From: Laetmonice hystrix
Lineage: Eukaryota
Length of the DNA stretch: 64,000 bases
Reading direction: 5' to 3'
Assembly (NCBI GenBank): GCA_965235115.1
Contig: OZ249447.1
Coordinates: 20,274,001-20,338,000 of the forward strand
The translations under genes were made by a program, and so were the position numbers. The number at the start of each line of letters is the position of its first letter. Position 1 is the stretch's first letter. Positions 40,681 through 53,551 of the stretch are shown here, in pieces. The notes under the pieces are model-generated. The model made no database searches and was not told where the DNA came from. It saw nothing but the letters and a program-made list of their open reading frames with translations.

Positions 40681-42210
40681 TCCGTATTCTCCATCCAGTG
40701 TGCCACAACCAGCTACCAGTCCGTATTGTATGTTTCCCTACCAGTGTGGCACCACCAGCAAGCAGTCCGTATTGTATGTTTCCCTACCAGTGTGCCGCAA
40801 CCAGCAAGCAGTCCGTATTGTATGTTTCCCTACCAGTGTGCCACAACCAGCAGGCAGTCCGTATTGTATGTTTCCCTACCAGTGTGGCACCACCAGCAAG
40901 CAGTCCGTATTGTATGTTTCCCTACCAGTGTGCCACAACCAGCTACCAGTCCGTATTGTATGTTTCCCTACCAGTGTGCCACAACCAGCTACCAGTCCGT
41001 ATTGTATGTTTCCCTACCAGTGTGCCACAACCAGCAAGCAGTCCGTATTGTATGTTTCCCTACCAGTGTGCCACAACCAGCAAGCAGTCCGTATTGTATG
41101 TTTCCCTACCAGTGTGCCACAACCAGCAAGCAGTCCGTATTGTATGTTTCCCTACCAGTGTGCCACAACCAGCAAGCAGTCCGTATTGTATGTTTCCCTA
41201 CCAGTGTGCCACAACCAGCAGGCAGTCCGTATTGTATGTTTCCCTACCAGTGTGGCACAACCAGCAGGCAGTCCGTATTGTATGTTTCCCTACCAGTGTG
41301 CCACAACCAGCAAGCAGTCCGTATTGTATGTTTCCCTACCAGTGTGCCACAACCAGCAAGCAGTCCGTATTGTATGTTTCCCTACCAGTGTGCCACAACC
41401 AGCAAGCAGTCCGTATTGTATGTTTCCCTACCAGTGTGCCACAACCAGCAAGCAGTCCGTATTGTATGTTTCCCTACCAGTGTGCCACAACCAGCAGGCA
41501 GTCCGTATTGTATGTTTCCCTACCAGTGTGGCACAACCAGCAGGCAGTCCGTATTGTATGTTTCCCTACCAGTGTGCCACAACCAGCTACCAGTCCGTAT
41601 TGTATGTTTCCCTACCAGTGTGCCACAACCAGCAAGCAGTCCGTATTGTATGTTTCCCTACCAGTGTGCCACAACCAGCAAGCAGTCCGTATTGTATGTT
41701 TCCCTACCAGTGTGCCACAACCAGCAAGCAGTCCGTATTGTATGTTTCCCTACCAGTGTGCCACAACCAGCAGGCAGTCCGTATTGTATGTTTCCCTACC
41801 AGTGTGGCACAACCAGCAGGCAGTCCGTATTGTATGTTTCCCTACCAGTGTGCCACAACCAGCTACCAGTCCGTATTGTATGTTTCCCTACCAGTGTGCC
41901 ACAACCAGCAAGCAGTCCGTATTGTATGTTTCCCTACCAGTGTGCCACAACCAGCAAGCAGTCCGTATTGTATGTTTCCCTACCAGTGTGCCACAACCAG
42001 CAAGCAGTCCGTATTGTATGTTTCCCTACCAGTGTGCCACAACCAGCAAGCAGTCCGTATTGTATGTTTCCCTACCAGTGTGCCACAACCAGCAAGCAGT
42101 CCGTATTGTATGTTTCCCTACCAGTGTGCCACAACCAGCAAGCAGTCCGTATTGTATGTTTCCCTACCAGTGTGCCACAACCAGCAAGCAGTCCGTATTG
42201 TATGTTTCCC
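40681..42210. repeat. 46-bp minisatellite, ~33 copies
   Basis: ccagtgtgccacaaccagcaagcagtccgtattgtatgtttcccta; explains the three overlapping 514-619 aa ORFs. Confidence 0.97.
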
Positions 42211-42253
42211 CAGCCCTGACGATGCCGGTGTAGGCTGTATAACCTGCCAATAC

Positions 42254-42405
42254 TTTCTCCTCAGATCCTGCTCTCAGTTTCTGTATTATAACCTGTTGTC
42301 TCGGTTTCTCCTCAGATCCTGCTCTCAGTTTCTGTATTATAACCTGTTGTCGCGGTTCCTCCTCAGATCCTGCTCTCAGTTTCTGTATTATAACCTGTTG
42401 TCTCA
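42254..42405. repeat. 51-bp tandem repeat, 3 copies
   Basis: tttctcctcagatcctgctctcagtttctgtattataacctgttgtctcgg. Confidence 0.9.
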
Positions 42406-42491
42406 GTTGTTTAGCCTGAACGAATTGTGATTAGCTACAGCCGGTGTTTGAAATCTGAGTCCTGCTTATGTTTGTTTTTTTTTGTTTGCAG

Positions 42492-42603
42492 TTGCACAAG
42501 TTGCACGAAGAGCGACTTCCCTTGCACGTGGTGCGTGCAGGAACACACGTGTACCAGCACTCCAGAGAACTGCCGCACTGATATCCTGATCACTGGCGAG
42601 GCT
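42492..42603 (+). CDS. PlexA: Plexin-A exon, PSI2 (CTSCTKSDFPCTWCVQEHTCTSTPENCRTDILITGEA), phase 2-0
   Basis: tttgtttgcag|T ... GCT|gtgagt; CxxC...FPCxWC. Confidence 0.93.
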
Positions 42604-43390
42604 GTGAGTATACTTGGGTCGTTTTCAGCTTAGTTTGAGCATAGAGTATTCTATGGTTTCAGGAAAATGTATATATGTCAGATTTCCTGGATTTGTGTTT
42701 CCTTTGTCCGGCTTTTCAAAGTTGAAGTTTGAGATTGAACTTAAGCTTCACCCTTCTGATTGGCTGGTCTAAGTAGACCAACCAATCAGAAGCTTAATCT
42801 GAAGCAAGAACTTAAGTTTTGAAAAACTGTGTCTTGAATCGCAATCACATTTTCGGAATCACGGTGGTAGCGGTATTTTTGCTATCTCCTGGTGAAGTTT
42901 TAAATCGTCTCCATGTTAAGAATTTGATCGGCTGGAGCTCTGCGGACTGTCTGCGGACCGGCCGGAGCTCTGCGGACCGGCTGGAGCTCTGTGGACCAGC
43001 TGGAGCTCTGCCGGTTTATTGTGATGTGGTTGTGTGTGTGGACCAGTTGTCAGCCCCAGGGAGCGCCCCCCCCCACCTCATCCCCAGAGTGGAGGGAACC
43101 ACCTCACCAGTCGATGTATATATGCACACCTCTCAGACGAAGTCGATCGAGGAGTCGATCAGCCGCGGGCAACCAATCGACGCTGTCGAGAACAGGCCGC
43201 AGATTGGGAGCTAAGTTTGGGTGAAAGCGACTCATCGGGTTGGAAGGAGTACCACCGCGGGCGGGCCAGACGGCATACACAGAACGCTCTCACTACTTCC
43301 CATTGGGAAATGTGCATTAGACACAATCCTTTCCCTCGGAGCCATGTCTTGTCGGGTCCCAGCATGGCCGGGGGAATCGGGAAGGTTCAA

Positions 43391-43949
43391 ACACTGTCTC
43401 CCGCCCCTCACACTGTCCCCCGCCCTCACACTGTCCCCCCGCCCTCACACTGTCCCCCCGCCCTCACACTGTCCCCCGCCCTCACACTGTCCCCCGCCCT
43501 CACACTGTCCCCCGCCCTCACACTGTCCCCCGCCCTCACACTGTCCCCCGCCCTCACACTGTCCCCCTCCCACACACTGTCCCCCGCCCTCACACTGTCC
43601 CCCCGCCCTCACACTGTCCCCCCGCCCTCACACTGTCCCCCCGCCCTCACACTGTCCCCCCGCCCTCACACTGTCCCCCCGCCCACACACTGTCCCCGCC
43701 CTCACACTGTCACCGCCCTCACACTGTCCCCCGCCCTCACACTGTGCCCCGCCCTCACACTGTCCCCCGCCCTCACACTGTCCCCCGCCCTTACACTGTC
43801 CCCCGCCCTCACACTGTCCCCCGCCCTCACACTGTCCCCCGCCCTCACACTGTCCCCCCCGCCCTCACACTGTCCCCCGCCCTCACACTGTCCCCCGACC
43901 TCACACTGTCCCCCGCCCTCACACAGTCCCCCGCCCTCAAACTGTCCCC
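43391..43949. repeat. 18-19-bp C-rich minisatellite, ~30 copies
   Basis: ccctcacactgtccccc(c)g. Confidence 0.95.
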
Positions 43950-45504
43950 ACCGAACCTCTGCTCGCCACACGGCCAATCATTAAGGTCTCAGGGCATTAA
44001 ATCCAAAGGGGAACGGAACTTCAATTTTACCCAGCAGCATGTGCGTCTTAGCTGTAAGCCTGCCAGAAAGAGGCCGTGCTTGTATTGGGTCCGCTGGCCC
44101 GGTTCAGATGGACAGGGCTGACTGAGATGGGTAATTAGTAGGGAAGCTGGGACTGGACTGGCGGGACTGACGCCTCTAGCGTCTAGTATACCCGAGGACA
44201 ACTATCGAGGTCTTTATTTGACATAAATGTCCTTATGTTTCTCCCGAAGAAACTCCCTGATGACATTTGGTGAAATGAGTTTTTAAGCAGCACAATGGAA
44301 GAGAAACTCAAGCAGGGATTGTGTACACTAATGGAATCAGAATGATTTTGTTTCAGTATTTTTTCCCCCGGGTGGGGGTGGTGTAGTGGATTAGAAACAA
44401 AAGATGGCGAATGCTACACGAATTGAAAAGGTTTTAATCCCTTAGTTATCTGGTCTTGCATTTGACTAACCAGATGTCTGACATTTGCTGTTGTCATGGC
44501 AACTGACCTGTGAAGATTAAACACTCCGGCAACATTGACTGAGGTCCCACGTCACTTGCCTTGTTTGGCACGTGCCGCGTTTCAATAGGCACATCAAGGT
44601 TTTTTTCCGTTGCACGTATTAAAGAGAAAGAAAAAGATAGAAAAGCAGGCATGGTATTGTGATGGGCGCCATTGATGTAAATGAAGTTATTTGAAGCCTG
44701 AAGTTGTGCTCATGCGTGAGAAAACTGGATGCTCATCTGGCAACGGGAGGCAAAAAGGTGCCGTGTAGTGTTGACTGCGATTACAGTGCAAGACTAACCA
44801 TAAAAAGGAGCGGAATACATAGTGGAAACAGAGAAATGGAAATCTGGGATTCAGGGCGGGAATAACGTGTTGGAAATTAGAAAAGGCGTTGACGTTCGAA
44901 GTCGAAATGTTCTGGAAAGAGTCTGGAATAAATGCAGGTGTGAACGGAATGTAAGTCCGCCGGAATGGAGGCCCGCCGGACCTGGATTCCTTGGTTATGC
45001 AGGTCGTAGGTCATCAACGTCGTGGTATAAGACAATATAATTAAGAAAATGTAAATGGATTAGGGTTAAGGTTAGGATTAGGGATAGGATTATAAAGAAA
45101 TATTTAAATAATACAACATCGTTGGACCTGCATTTCAGGGGGACTTGGATTCCTGTCCAACCGGGCATGAAGATTGTCCAGTTGCCATGAATCGCAAACA
45201 GCATTTTAATATTCAGTACTAACATTTTAAAACACGCCTCGACAAGGAATCTTTTTAGTGGAATGACGTTTTCATGGCACTTACTGCCATCACATTTTGC
45301 TTATCACGTTTTCTTCTTTTTGCTCCTCGCTCGCTGCTGCCTCTCATTTTCCGATGCTGTTATTTCTGTCAGCCATTTGCACACCCTCGATCTTAAGTGG
45401 CGCTCTAATAATGTTTTCAGGTGCTTTCCTTTTTCCTCCTTTTTATGAATATTCTTGATTATGTTTGTATAAACTTTAACCTCTGACCTTTTCTGTGTAT
45501 GCAG

Positions 45505-45627
45505 GTAAAGGGAAAAAGTGACAGCCCAGGCCCACAGTCATGTCCCCGGTTTGAGTCGAGCTTCACCGAGATCTTAGTGCCGTCGGATAGCGAATACAAG
45601 GTCAAAGTTCGCGCCGTCAATCTGCAG
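45505..45627 (+). CDS. PlexA: Plexin-A exon (VKGKSDSPGPQSCPRFESSFTEILVPSDSEYKVKVRAVNLQ), phase 0-0
   Basis: tgtatgcag|GTA ... CAG|gtcagt; GP..CP motif closing PSI2. Confidence 0.9.
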
Positions 45628-45712
45628 GTCAGTAGAGGTTTCATTGAGCGGCAACGATTCCTGGTAATCTGCAGGTCAGTAGAGGTTTCACTGAGCGGCA
45701 ACGATTCCCGGT
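45619..45712 (+). repeat. 47-bp tandem duplication spanning the donor of exon 45505-45627
   Basis: aatctgcag|gtcagtagaggtttca(t/c)tgagcggcaacgattcc(t/c)ggt x2. Confidence 0.9.
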
Positions 45713-46659
45713 GAAAGATTTTCATAAACATGTTGAAATAGATGACAATCTCATTGTCATTTTGTGGGAACACATTTTACGTATTAATGCGGGAGTCGGT
45801 TTGTATGTAACAAGAAGATTTAAATGTTTTTTTTTTATTTATTCCAATACAACGTTATACAGTGTTGACGGGGGATCAACACAAAATGCTTAAAGTGGAT
45901 ATTGTGGTAGTCGGTTGTTATCTCGCTTCGGTTACAATATATCACCAGAGGGCGCCACTTGGCGTCAGGAAACTAGGCGCTCATCAAATTGCCTCATTGT
46001 AGGCACTGAACAGTGAACCAGGCAGTTGAAATTTCCTTTTTGACAGACGACAGGGGTAGTTTGCTGGCTTCTTAACAGCAAGGAAGTCCAGGCGGCATTT
46101 ATGCTGCCTTGTATTTGGTTTCAACATATTTCATGTCTGTGTTTCAAACATTGAGGATACTATCAGTTCGTGCCAGGGATGGATAGTGATAGTGAAAAGG
46201 ATTTGTGTGTGCTTGTAAGGGCATGTTTTAAATGTACAGGATTATTGTATGGTAGCTATAGTGAGGTAGAATTACCTTTTCAGCGAAGGGCATGGTACTT
46301 TTATCTGTATTTCTAAATGTGATCTGACGACTGACCACAGGGAGACGAGATGTCAGGAACCCCGCAGACATTATTTGTTGCATCGCATAATTTACATTGC
46401 AGACTATATCTCGTCCGCCAAAGCAGTCCATATTAATGATTTATGTCTAGGGTGAAGAGATACTTAATTCTTTATTAGTTTAGAGTTAATTATAGCAAAA
46501 TATCCTCCAGAGACATTTATGACTGTTGAAGGTTGGGGACATGGTGAAGACTCCTATGCCATCTCGTCTGATACATTTAGAGCTGTAACTAATGTCTGGT
46601 CAGCCCATAGCACGGGGCTGACCAAAGTTCACTGCACGTGCACTCACATCAACCGGCCG

Positions 46660-46842
46660 TCCTATCATCAACCGGCCGTCCGCTCACCATCGTCATATCA
46701 ACCGGCCGACCTCACATCAACCGGCCGTCCTCACATCAACCGACCACTCACTCACCGTCCTCACATCAACCGGCTGACCTCACATCAACCGGCCGACCTC
46801 ACATCAACCGGCCACTCACTCACCATCCTCACATCAGCCGAC
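46660..46842. repeat. degenerate ~19-bp minisatellite
   Basis: caaccggccgacctcacat variants. Confidence 0.75.
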
Positions 46843-47096
46843 CGTCCGTCCTTGTACGAGAAGTAGGAACCCAGAAATAGGCGACCAAATTTAGCCGAAC
46901 CGAGACAGAACAGAGCTCGGAGAAGTCGCCCTGATTTAGCGCCATGTCTAATCCTGCGCCATCGTTCTTTGATTATTATTAACATAACGTCGTTTCCAAT
47001 CAGCCGACTGTGTGTATGTGTGCGCCATCTACAGCCATGTTCATTACCACTAAATGAGTATACATGCATATCGGTATGATATATGGGGACGCTGGC

Positions 47097-47535
47097 GTTC
47101 TGCTGCACAGACGGACAGACTGCTGCACTGACGGACTGCTGCACTGACAGACAGACTGCTGCACTGACAGGCAGACTGCTGCACTGACATACAGACTGCT
47201 GCACTGACAGACAGACTGCTGCACTGACGGACTACTGCACTGATGGACAGACTGCTGCACTGACGGACTGCTGCACTGACAGACAGACTGCTGCACTGAC
47301 GGAGTGCTGCACTGACAGGCAGACTGCTGCACTGACGGACTGATGGACGGACTGCTGCACAGACAGACAGACTGCTGCACTGACGGACTGCTGCACTGAC
47401 AGGCAGACTGCTGCACTGACGGACTGCTGCACTGATGGACAAACTGCTGCACTGACTGACGGACAGACTGCTGCACTGATGGACAGACTGCTGCACTGAC
47501 GGACTGCCGCACTAACGGACTGCTGCACTGACGTA
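47097..47535. repeat. 16/20-bp minisatellite, ~22 copies
   Basis: actgctgcactgac(ggac/agacag) variants. Confidence 0.9.
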
Positions 47536-49444
47536 CGGACAGAGAGGAAGAGCCGGGTTTATTTGGACAAACCTATGTAAGAAAGGAGAACCATTGGCCA
47601 GGCCGGGCCAAGGACTCTGGAAAGAGCGTCACCTGCTAGGGCACGGACCCATCCGCTAACATGGATCCATGCTCAGGACATCACCCCCACCCCCACCCCA
47701 CCACCACCACCCCCACCCCACCACCACCACCCCCACCCCACCCCACCACCAGTCGCAGCGCTCCAATCAACCAGTCGTGTGCTCAGTGCCAGTAAATCTG
47801 TAATGGAATCAGGGCGTTGGATCTGTCCACCAGCCGGCCTGACCACCTGAGCGCCATACAGACCGCTATCACACATACCACAGCGGGCGGGGCGGCCGGG
47901 TCAGCGGTTTCAGGACATCAATTCTAATGGCAGGCCAAGCTTAACCAAAGCCAGCATCGTGATTTATAAATACGGCCACCTCCATCCCCGATAGAAACGT
48001 TACACATAATCATGAACGAATCTTGTAGTCCCATAATAAGTCTGTCCCTCCGGGGAGCTTTTATTTTGAACATCAAATGCGTACAAACCTTCAGTTCAGA
48101 AATCAGGGGTGTTTTTTTTCGCGCGGAGCCGTCAAAAACTAGGGGTGAGTGACAGTTTCTTTGAGCGGCATGGGAAAATCAGTTTGAATTCTATTTCACC
48201 TGTAGTGCCTTTTGCGGTACGGTGGGGTAGGGCCCACGTGACCTGCGGTACCGTGCGGTAGGGCCCACGTTACCACCTTCACGATAATCAGGATGAACAG
48301 GAAGGCCGTCCCAAGTGTCTCATGAAAGATTCAGCCCTTCCTCAAGGGCTTGGGGACACAGCTGATGAAGCCAATTGCAGACAGCCAACTAAAAGTTTAA
48401 AGCTACACTCCAGGAAGCTGGATGCCCCGGAGGAGACGCGCTGCAGTTGTGGATCATTTAAATCTTTACCCATCCAAACCACATTTTTGTTGGGGAGTGA
48501 TTTTTGATTTCGTTCTCTCTTATAAATCCCATGGCAGCGAGGGTGATAGGTCTGGTAGTCAGATTGCAGCGAGACGTTTAGAGGCAGGATGGCACACTGG
48601 TGCCCCGGTAATGGATTGCTCCTATAAGATGTTTTGACAAACCAGCTTCTCCTCCGTCCTGGCCCTTCTCATTGGCAGTGTAATTATTGCCGAGCGGGCT
48701 CGAGGCCAGCCGGCGGCCGATGACCTGTTGGGGGCCGGGACAGACGTCTGAGACCCGGCGCAGGTTACCCGACGTGTCACGGCCTAGCAAAGGCCATCAG
48801 CCTCGAGCGACGCCCCATTGATGAAGTCGTAGCGGGCGCCGTAAAGCCTGTCAGACCAAGTCATGGTGGTATTATAAATGGCTGCGCCGAGTCGGGGCCC
48901 AGCTTGGGTCGGGCTGGCAGGTGAGCTAGGAACGGAACGTGCCACAGGCGCCTCCCGCGCCTGGCGCCTGTTACAGCGGATTCCTGGTACAGGGGGCACT
49001 CATACCTTCGCTAACCCCCCTCTAGCCCTTGCATCTTTAAATCTATTTTACATGTATAAAAACAAAGGAAGAAGGCAGTCTAACAGACACATCGGTTCTA
49101 TGTTGAAGTCATTAGGGGCGGCCGAGAGGCTCTTTGAGAAACAAACCAAAAAAGTGAACAAAATGGAATCATATTATGAAATATACATGTAGTATACCCC
49201 GCGGGGTATAATACTTATACATGCAAGTGAAACAAATGGCCATGGATGGCTTCTAGGAAAACGAAACGCGGCATAAATAGTTAATGTAAAATCACTATTC
49301 TAGAACAATTCACAGTCTGTTTGCCACTTTGGCCTCGTGTGAATTGCAGTAATTCTCAAGTCGTACATAGGAGATAGTAGTACACGGAAATGGGGGGTAT
49401 CGTCACAGGCTCCAAGTCACGAATCATTTAGTGTGTAAGGTTAT

Positions 49445-49638
49445 AGGGCCCTATCCACTAAGCCGATTTTCTTTGCGACGCCTATGCGATTTTGACATCA
49501 CTCTTTTATTTCACTGTTATTTTGAGAGTAAAGGATGGGGCCCATTTCCTTAAACAGGGAAGGCCAGCCAGGAAAAATTTCAGCATGAAATTCTACCATT
49601 AAATCAAAAATCGCATTGCCGTCGCAAGGGGAATCGGC
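49445..49638. mobile_element. MITE-like inverted-repeat element
   Basis: gccgattttctttgcgacgcctatgcgattttga (49462-49495) vs tcaaaaatcgcattgccgtcgcaaggggaatcggc (49604-49638). Confidence 0.5.
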
Positions 49639-50796
49639 ATATATCTCAGTCTACTTCGTCTCTACTGGAAAATGTGGCCGGCAATGTCAGTACTCGCTTG
49701 AATTGGAGGCTCTTCATCAAAGTTAATGTTCCTTACTTTCCTAGGCTTATATACAACCAACACCACCATGTGAAGGGACATTTCCCCGTCCCACATACAT
49801 GCAGGAAAAGTTAATATCGTCCATGCGATCATTGCCTTGGTAATTTAAGTGTCACATATGATTACCGACCATATATATTAATATATGTCCCGCTTGTATA
49901 CGTATGTTTTCATTTGCCTGACTTTGCTGGGACTAGGAATGTATGACAGCGTTAATGGGAAGTGTGGCGTACTGTGGTGTAGTATAGTAGTATAGTGAAA
50001 TGGTTGTTTGTGTCAGACCCTGGCCGGGTGGTCGGCTAGATTCATGGTGATGAGACATGTAGGATGGCGGCCAGTCAGTGCCAGGTAGACCATTCCCAAC
50101 ATCACCAATTAGCTCTCTACAAAGACCAGCAGTGGAATGGATGACCACAAGCCCTCATTGTCGGCGACTCTATGAAGAAGACCGACGCTCATTCCTCCTG
50201 CCCTCATAAAGACCGTGCAATATGCAGTGGTTCGCAGTTTTTTCCGTTTTATGAAATGTTTTCAGCGTAGAAACGACGTAGATGTGGAGAATTTATTGGA
50301 CAGTTATAGTGAGGTGGTAAGCAGAGGTAAATGGACGTTGTCAGTAATTTAGGAAAGGTGATGTGACCGCCGTGTTAAAGGGCGGGGAGAATATTTTGGA
50401 GCATTCATTCAGTGGAGACCAGGACTGGCTTGATGTCAGGGTGGACTGCATCAGTTACAGCGGGTCTCTGTGGGTCTGGTATACAGGGGTTAACGGTTAT
50501 AGCCGAGTCTTACAATAGACTGTGAAGTTGGGGGATAGTTGGGGGGAGAGGGTTCATTGTATTGGACAGCACAGCAAGGAATGACTCAGGGTGTTGTTAG
50601 GTTGGGGCAGAATGAGGCAAAAAGACTTTTTTCTTTTTACGCTCAGATAGACTCTACCTATGCATGTTGCTTGGAAATGACCTTTCCAATCATCAAACAG
50701 GAAAAAAAAGGAAGAAAGAGTGGTTCCCGTCTTGAAAATGGCCTACGGGATGTAAGCCCACCAACTAAAACTGGCGATGTCAGAGCAAAATGAGAG

Positions 50797-51020
50797 TCTT
50801 AGTGACGATACCTGATACCTGTGCCCCACCGGCCAAGGAATACAATGGATAGTTTTACCGAGAATACCTGTGTCCCACCGGCCAAGGAATACAATAGATA
50901 GTTTTACCGAGAATACCTGATACCTGTGCCCCACCGGCCAAGGAATACAATAGATAGTTTTACCGAGAATACCTGTGCCCCACCGGCCAAGGAATACAAT
51001 AGTTTGACCAAGAATACCGT
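50797..51020. repeat. ~49-56-bp tandem repeat, 4 copies
   Basis: atacctgtgccccaccggccaaggaatacaatagatagttttaccgaga. Confidence 0.85.
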
Positions 51021-51703
51021 GCTATTGTAGAACCATGGAACTATAGCGCTAGTTCTGTGGTAGAACCGTCCGCTACAGTAGCGTTCCCCGATCAGACAGA
51101 CTATGTTTGATGGTAGTTAGGATAGCCGGACGGTCAACCTGACGCCACCGATCTGGATCGAACAGATTGATAGATAATTTAACCACCCACTAAGGTGATC
51201 TGTTTAGGTTACAAACATCACAATTACCATAAATCCATACATGGTAATGTGGTTGGTTTCCGTGTTATTACTGCAGACAGTATTGCCGACTACTCTATCA
51301 CTGCCAAACTTGGGCCGTATATATAATTAGAGATGTAGGGGGGGGGGGGGGGGTCGGAGAGGAGCGTGGCGCAGTCAGGACGGTAATGGATGGCCGTTAT
51401 TAGAGGAAAAAACCGCACCAGATACCGCTAGTTAGACACGTGGCAGATAGTCGAGCCATGCCTAGTCAGGGATGAGACCCATACTTCATTATTTACGTTT
51501 CTTTTGTTGTGTTTTGTGACATGTAAATGGGATTTACTGCGGGTAGGGAGCTGAGTGTCTGCTCGGGGAGCTGACTGTCTGCTCAGGGTGTTTCGTAGAC
51601 AGTCCATGTCTGGTGTGTTTGTTATATTGTCTGTGTGTCAACGAGAGACAGAAATCGAGTCTGTAGGGGTCTGTTTCTGATGTTTCTGTTCTTGCTGTTT
51701 CAG

Positions 51704-51805
51704 GAGTTCCAAACCAATTTCAAGTGTCGGTTTAACATCGAGGGTAAGGACTGGGAGGTTCCCGCAACTCAGGATAACTCTGAGATTGAATGTGACACAT
51801 TCAAG
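51704..51805 (+). CDS. PlexA: Plexin-A exon (EFQTNFKCRFNIEGKDWEVPATQDNSEIECDTFK), phase 0-0
   Basis: ctgtttcag|GAG ... AAG|gtaagt; FxCxFNIEG motif. Confidence 0.92.
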
Positions 51806-52119
51806 GTAAGTCAAATATTCTCAACTTTATAATTGTACAAAAAGAATATTTCTGTTGGGAAAATACGTTTACATTGACCATATCTGTGACGATTATTATC
51901 ATAATGTGGGTAATGTGGTATTAATTGTGATTATGACGACATAAACTAAATTTGCTTTACCCTTTTGGTTTGACCCATCCCATTCATCTTCACACATACT
52001 TTTGTCAATTTAGAAAGAAAAATGGCAGCGTCCTCCATGCAGGCCTGCCATCTGGTGGTAAATGTGTATATTAGGCGTGCATGGATACGCGCCCTTTGGC
52101 CGAAGGTGGTCCGGACCCC

Positions 52120-52556
52120 CCTCCCCTCCCCACCCCCATCACCCTCCAGCCAGGCCGTAAGGTGGTCCAGACCCCCATCACCCTCCAGCCAGGCCGTAAG
52201 GTGGCCCAGACCCCCATCACCTCCAGCCGGGCCGTAAGGTGGCCCAGACCCCCCCTCCCATCCCCACACCCCCCCATCACCCTCCAGCCGGGCCGTAAGG
52301 TGGCCCAGACCCCCCTCCCATCCCCACACACCCCCATCACCTCCAGCCGGGCCGTAAGGTGGCCCAGACCCCCATCACCCTCCAGCCAGGCCGTAAGGTG
52401 GCCTAGACCCCCATCACCTCCAGCCAGGCCGTAAGGTGGCCCAGACCCCCCCCCCCCCCCCCATCACCCTCCAGCCGGGCCGTAAGGTGGCCCAGACCCC
52501 CATCACCTCCAGCCGGGCCGTAAGGTGGTCCAGACCCCCATCACCTCCAGCCGGGC
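52120..52556. repeat. ~39-40-bp C-rich minisatellite with insertion variants, ~10 copies
   Basis: cccccatcaccctccagcc(a/g)ggccgtaaggtggcccagac. Confidence 0.9.
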
Positions 52557-52661
52557 CGGAGGGCTCGTTGGTAACTTCAAGGTCGGGTTTATGGAGTGGT
52601 TTTTTCATCCATCAGTTTTTTTTTCTAAGGGTAGTTTCCATCATGTGGGTGATGTAGTTGG

Positions 52662-52763
52662 AGTCTGGGAGGGGGTGGTGTGGGGCAGACTCGGGGTCTG
52701 GGAGGGAGTGGTGTGTGGGGCAGACTCGGGGTCTGGGAGGGAGTGGTGTGTGGGGCAGACTCG
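52662..52763. repeat. 34-bp tandem repeat, 3 copies
   Basis: gtctgggagggagtggtgtgtggggcagactcgg. Confidence 0.85.
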
Positions 52764-53167
52764 CCAGGAATTGAAAACCCTGACCGGAAGCACTATTAAC
52801 TTTGACTCTAGTTAACGCTGATGGGGACCCTAATGTCGTACGTCCCCCGGGTAAAGAAAAGGGAAAGGTCCAGTTAGTTGTGAGCTCTTCAACACGGTGT
52901 ATCGTCAGTGGAAGGGGGGGGGGGGGGTCTGGAAACCTCCCAGGGTCCAGCGCCGCTGTCGCATTCAGTGGCGCCCCCTTGTGGGAATGAATATGGCAGA
53001 AGTCCGCCCTATGACATTTCTTTGTTATTTGTGAGTCTATACTTTCCCTATAACTGAGGGCATTTGAATTTTGGCCCGTTTCACACCCTGTTATTTTATA
53101 TGCCACTTTCCAAACGTTCTGCCCAAACGCTCTTCCTTGACCTACATAATAAACTTGGTGTTGACAG

Positions 53168-53267
53168 TTCTTGTACCAGTCGGGGACGGCCCACCTCAAC
53201 ATTCCCTTCAAAATATTCTGGGGCAATCCGCAAGGCAAGGCCCTCGACAACCCAGACAGGATACAAG
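53168..53267 (+). CDS. PlexA: Plexin-A exon (FLYQSGTAHLNIPFKIFWGNPQGKALDNPDRIQ), phase 0-1
   Basis: gttgacag|TTC ... CAAG|gtgagc; WG...LDNP motif. Confidence 0.9.
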
Positions 53268-53551
53268 GTGAGCGTAATATTATAACTTTAAGTTGAAGGG
53301 AAATTGTTGGTTTGTTTGTATCGCTTGTATATTATAACAGATTTCTATTATTGAGTATTGGCAGTATTGGCCCATGTATTGTTATGTATATATTGTATTG
53401 CACATACGGTATATAATTTCAAGCACGGCCAGTACTTAAACCCACTCGGCCACACATATATAATCAAAAGAGGAATATCTCCAGATACTCTGCCATCATT
53501 GTCCCAATAGTTATTATTGATGAATCCTCTAACTTGACTTGTCTTCTCCAG

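Noticed and set aside
40569-42430. Three overlapping 514-619 aa ORFs
   Set aside because: All come from a stop-free 46-bp unit cycling through frames (46-aa period); no splice or domain support.
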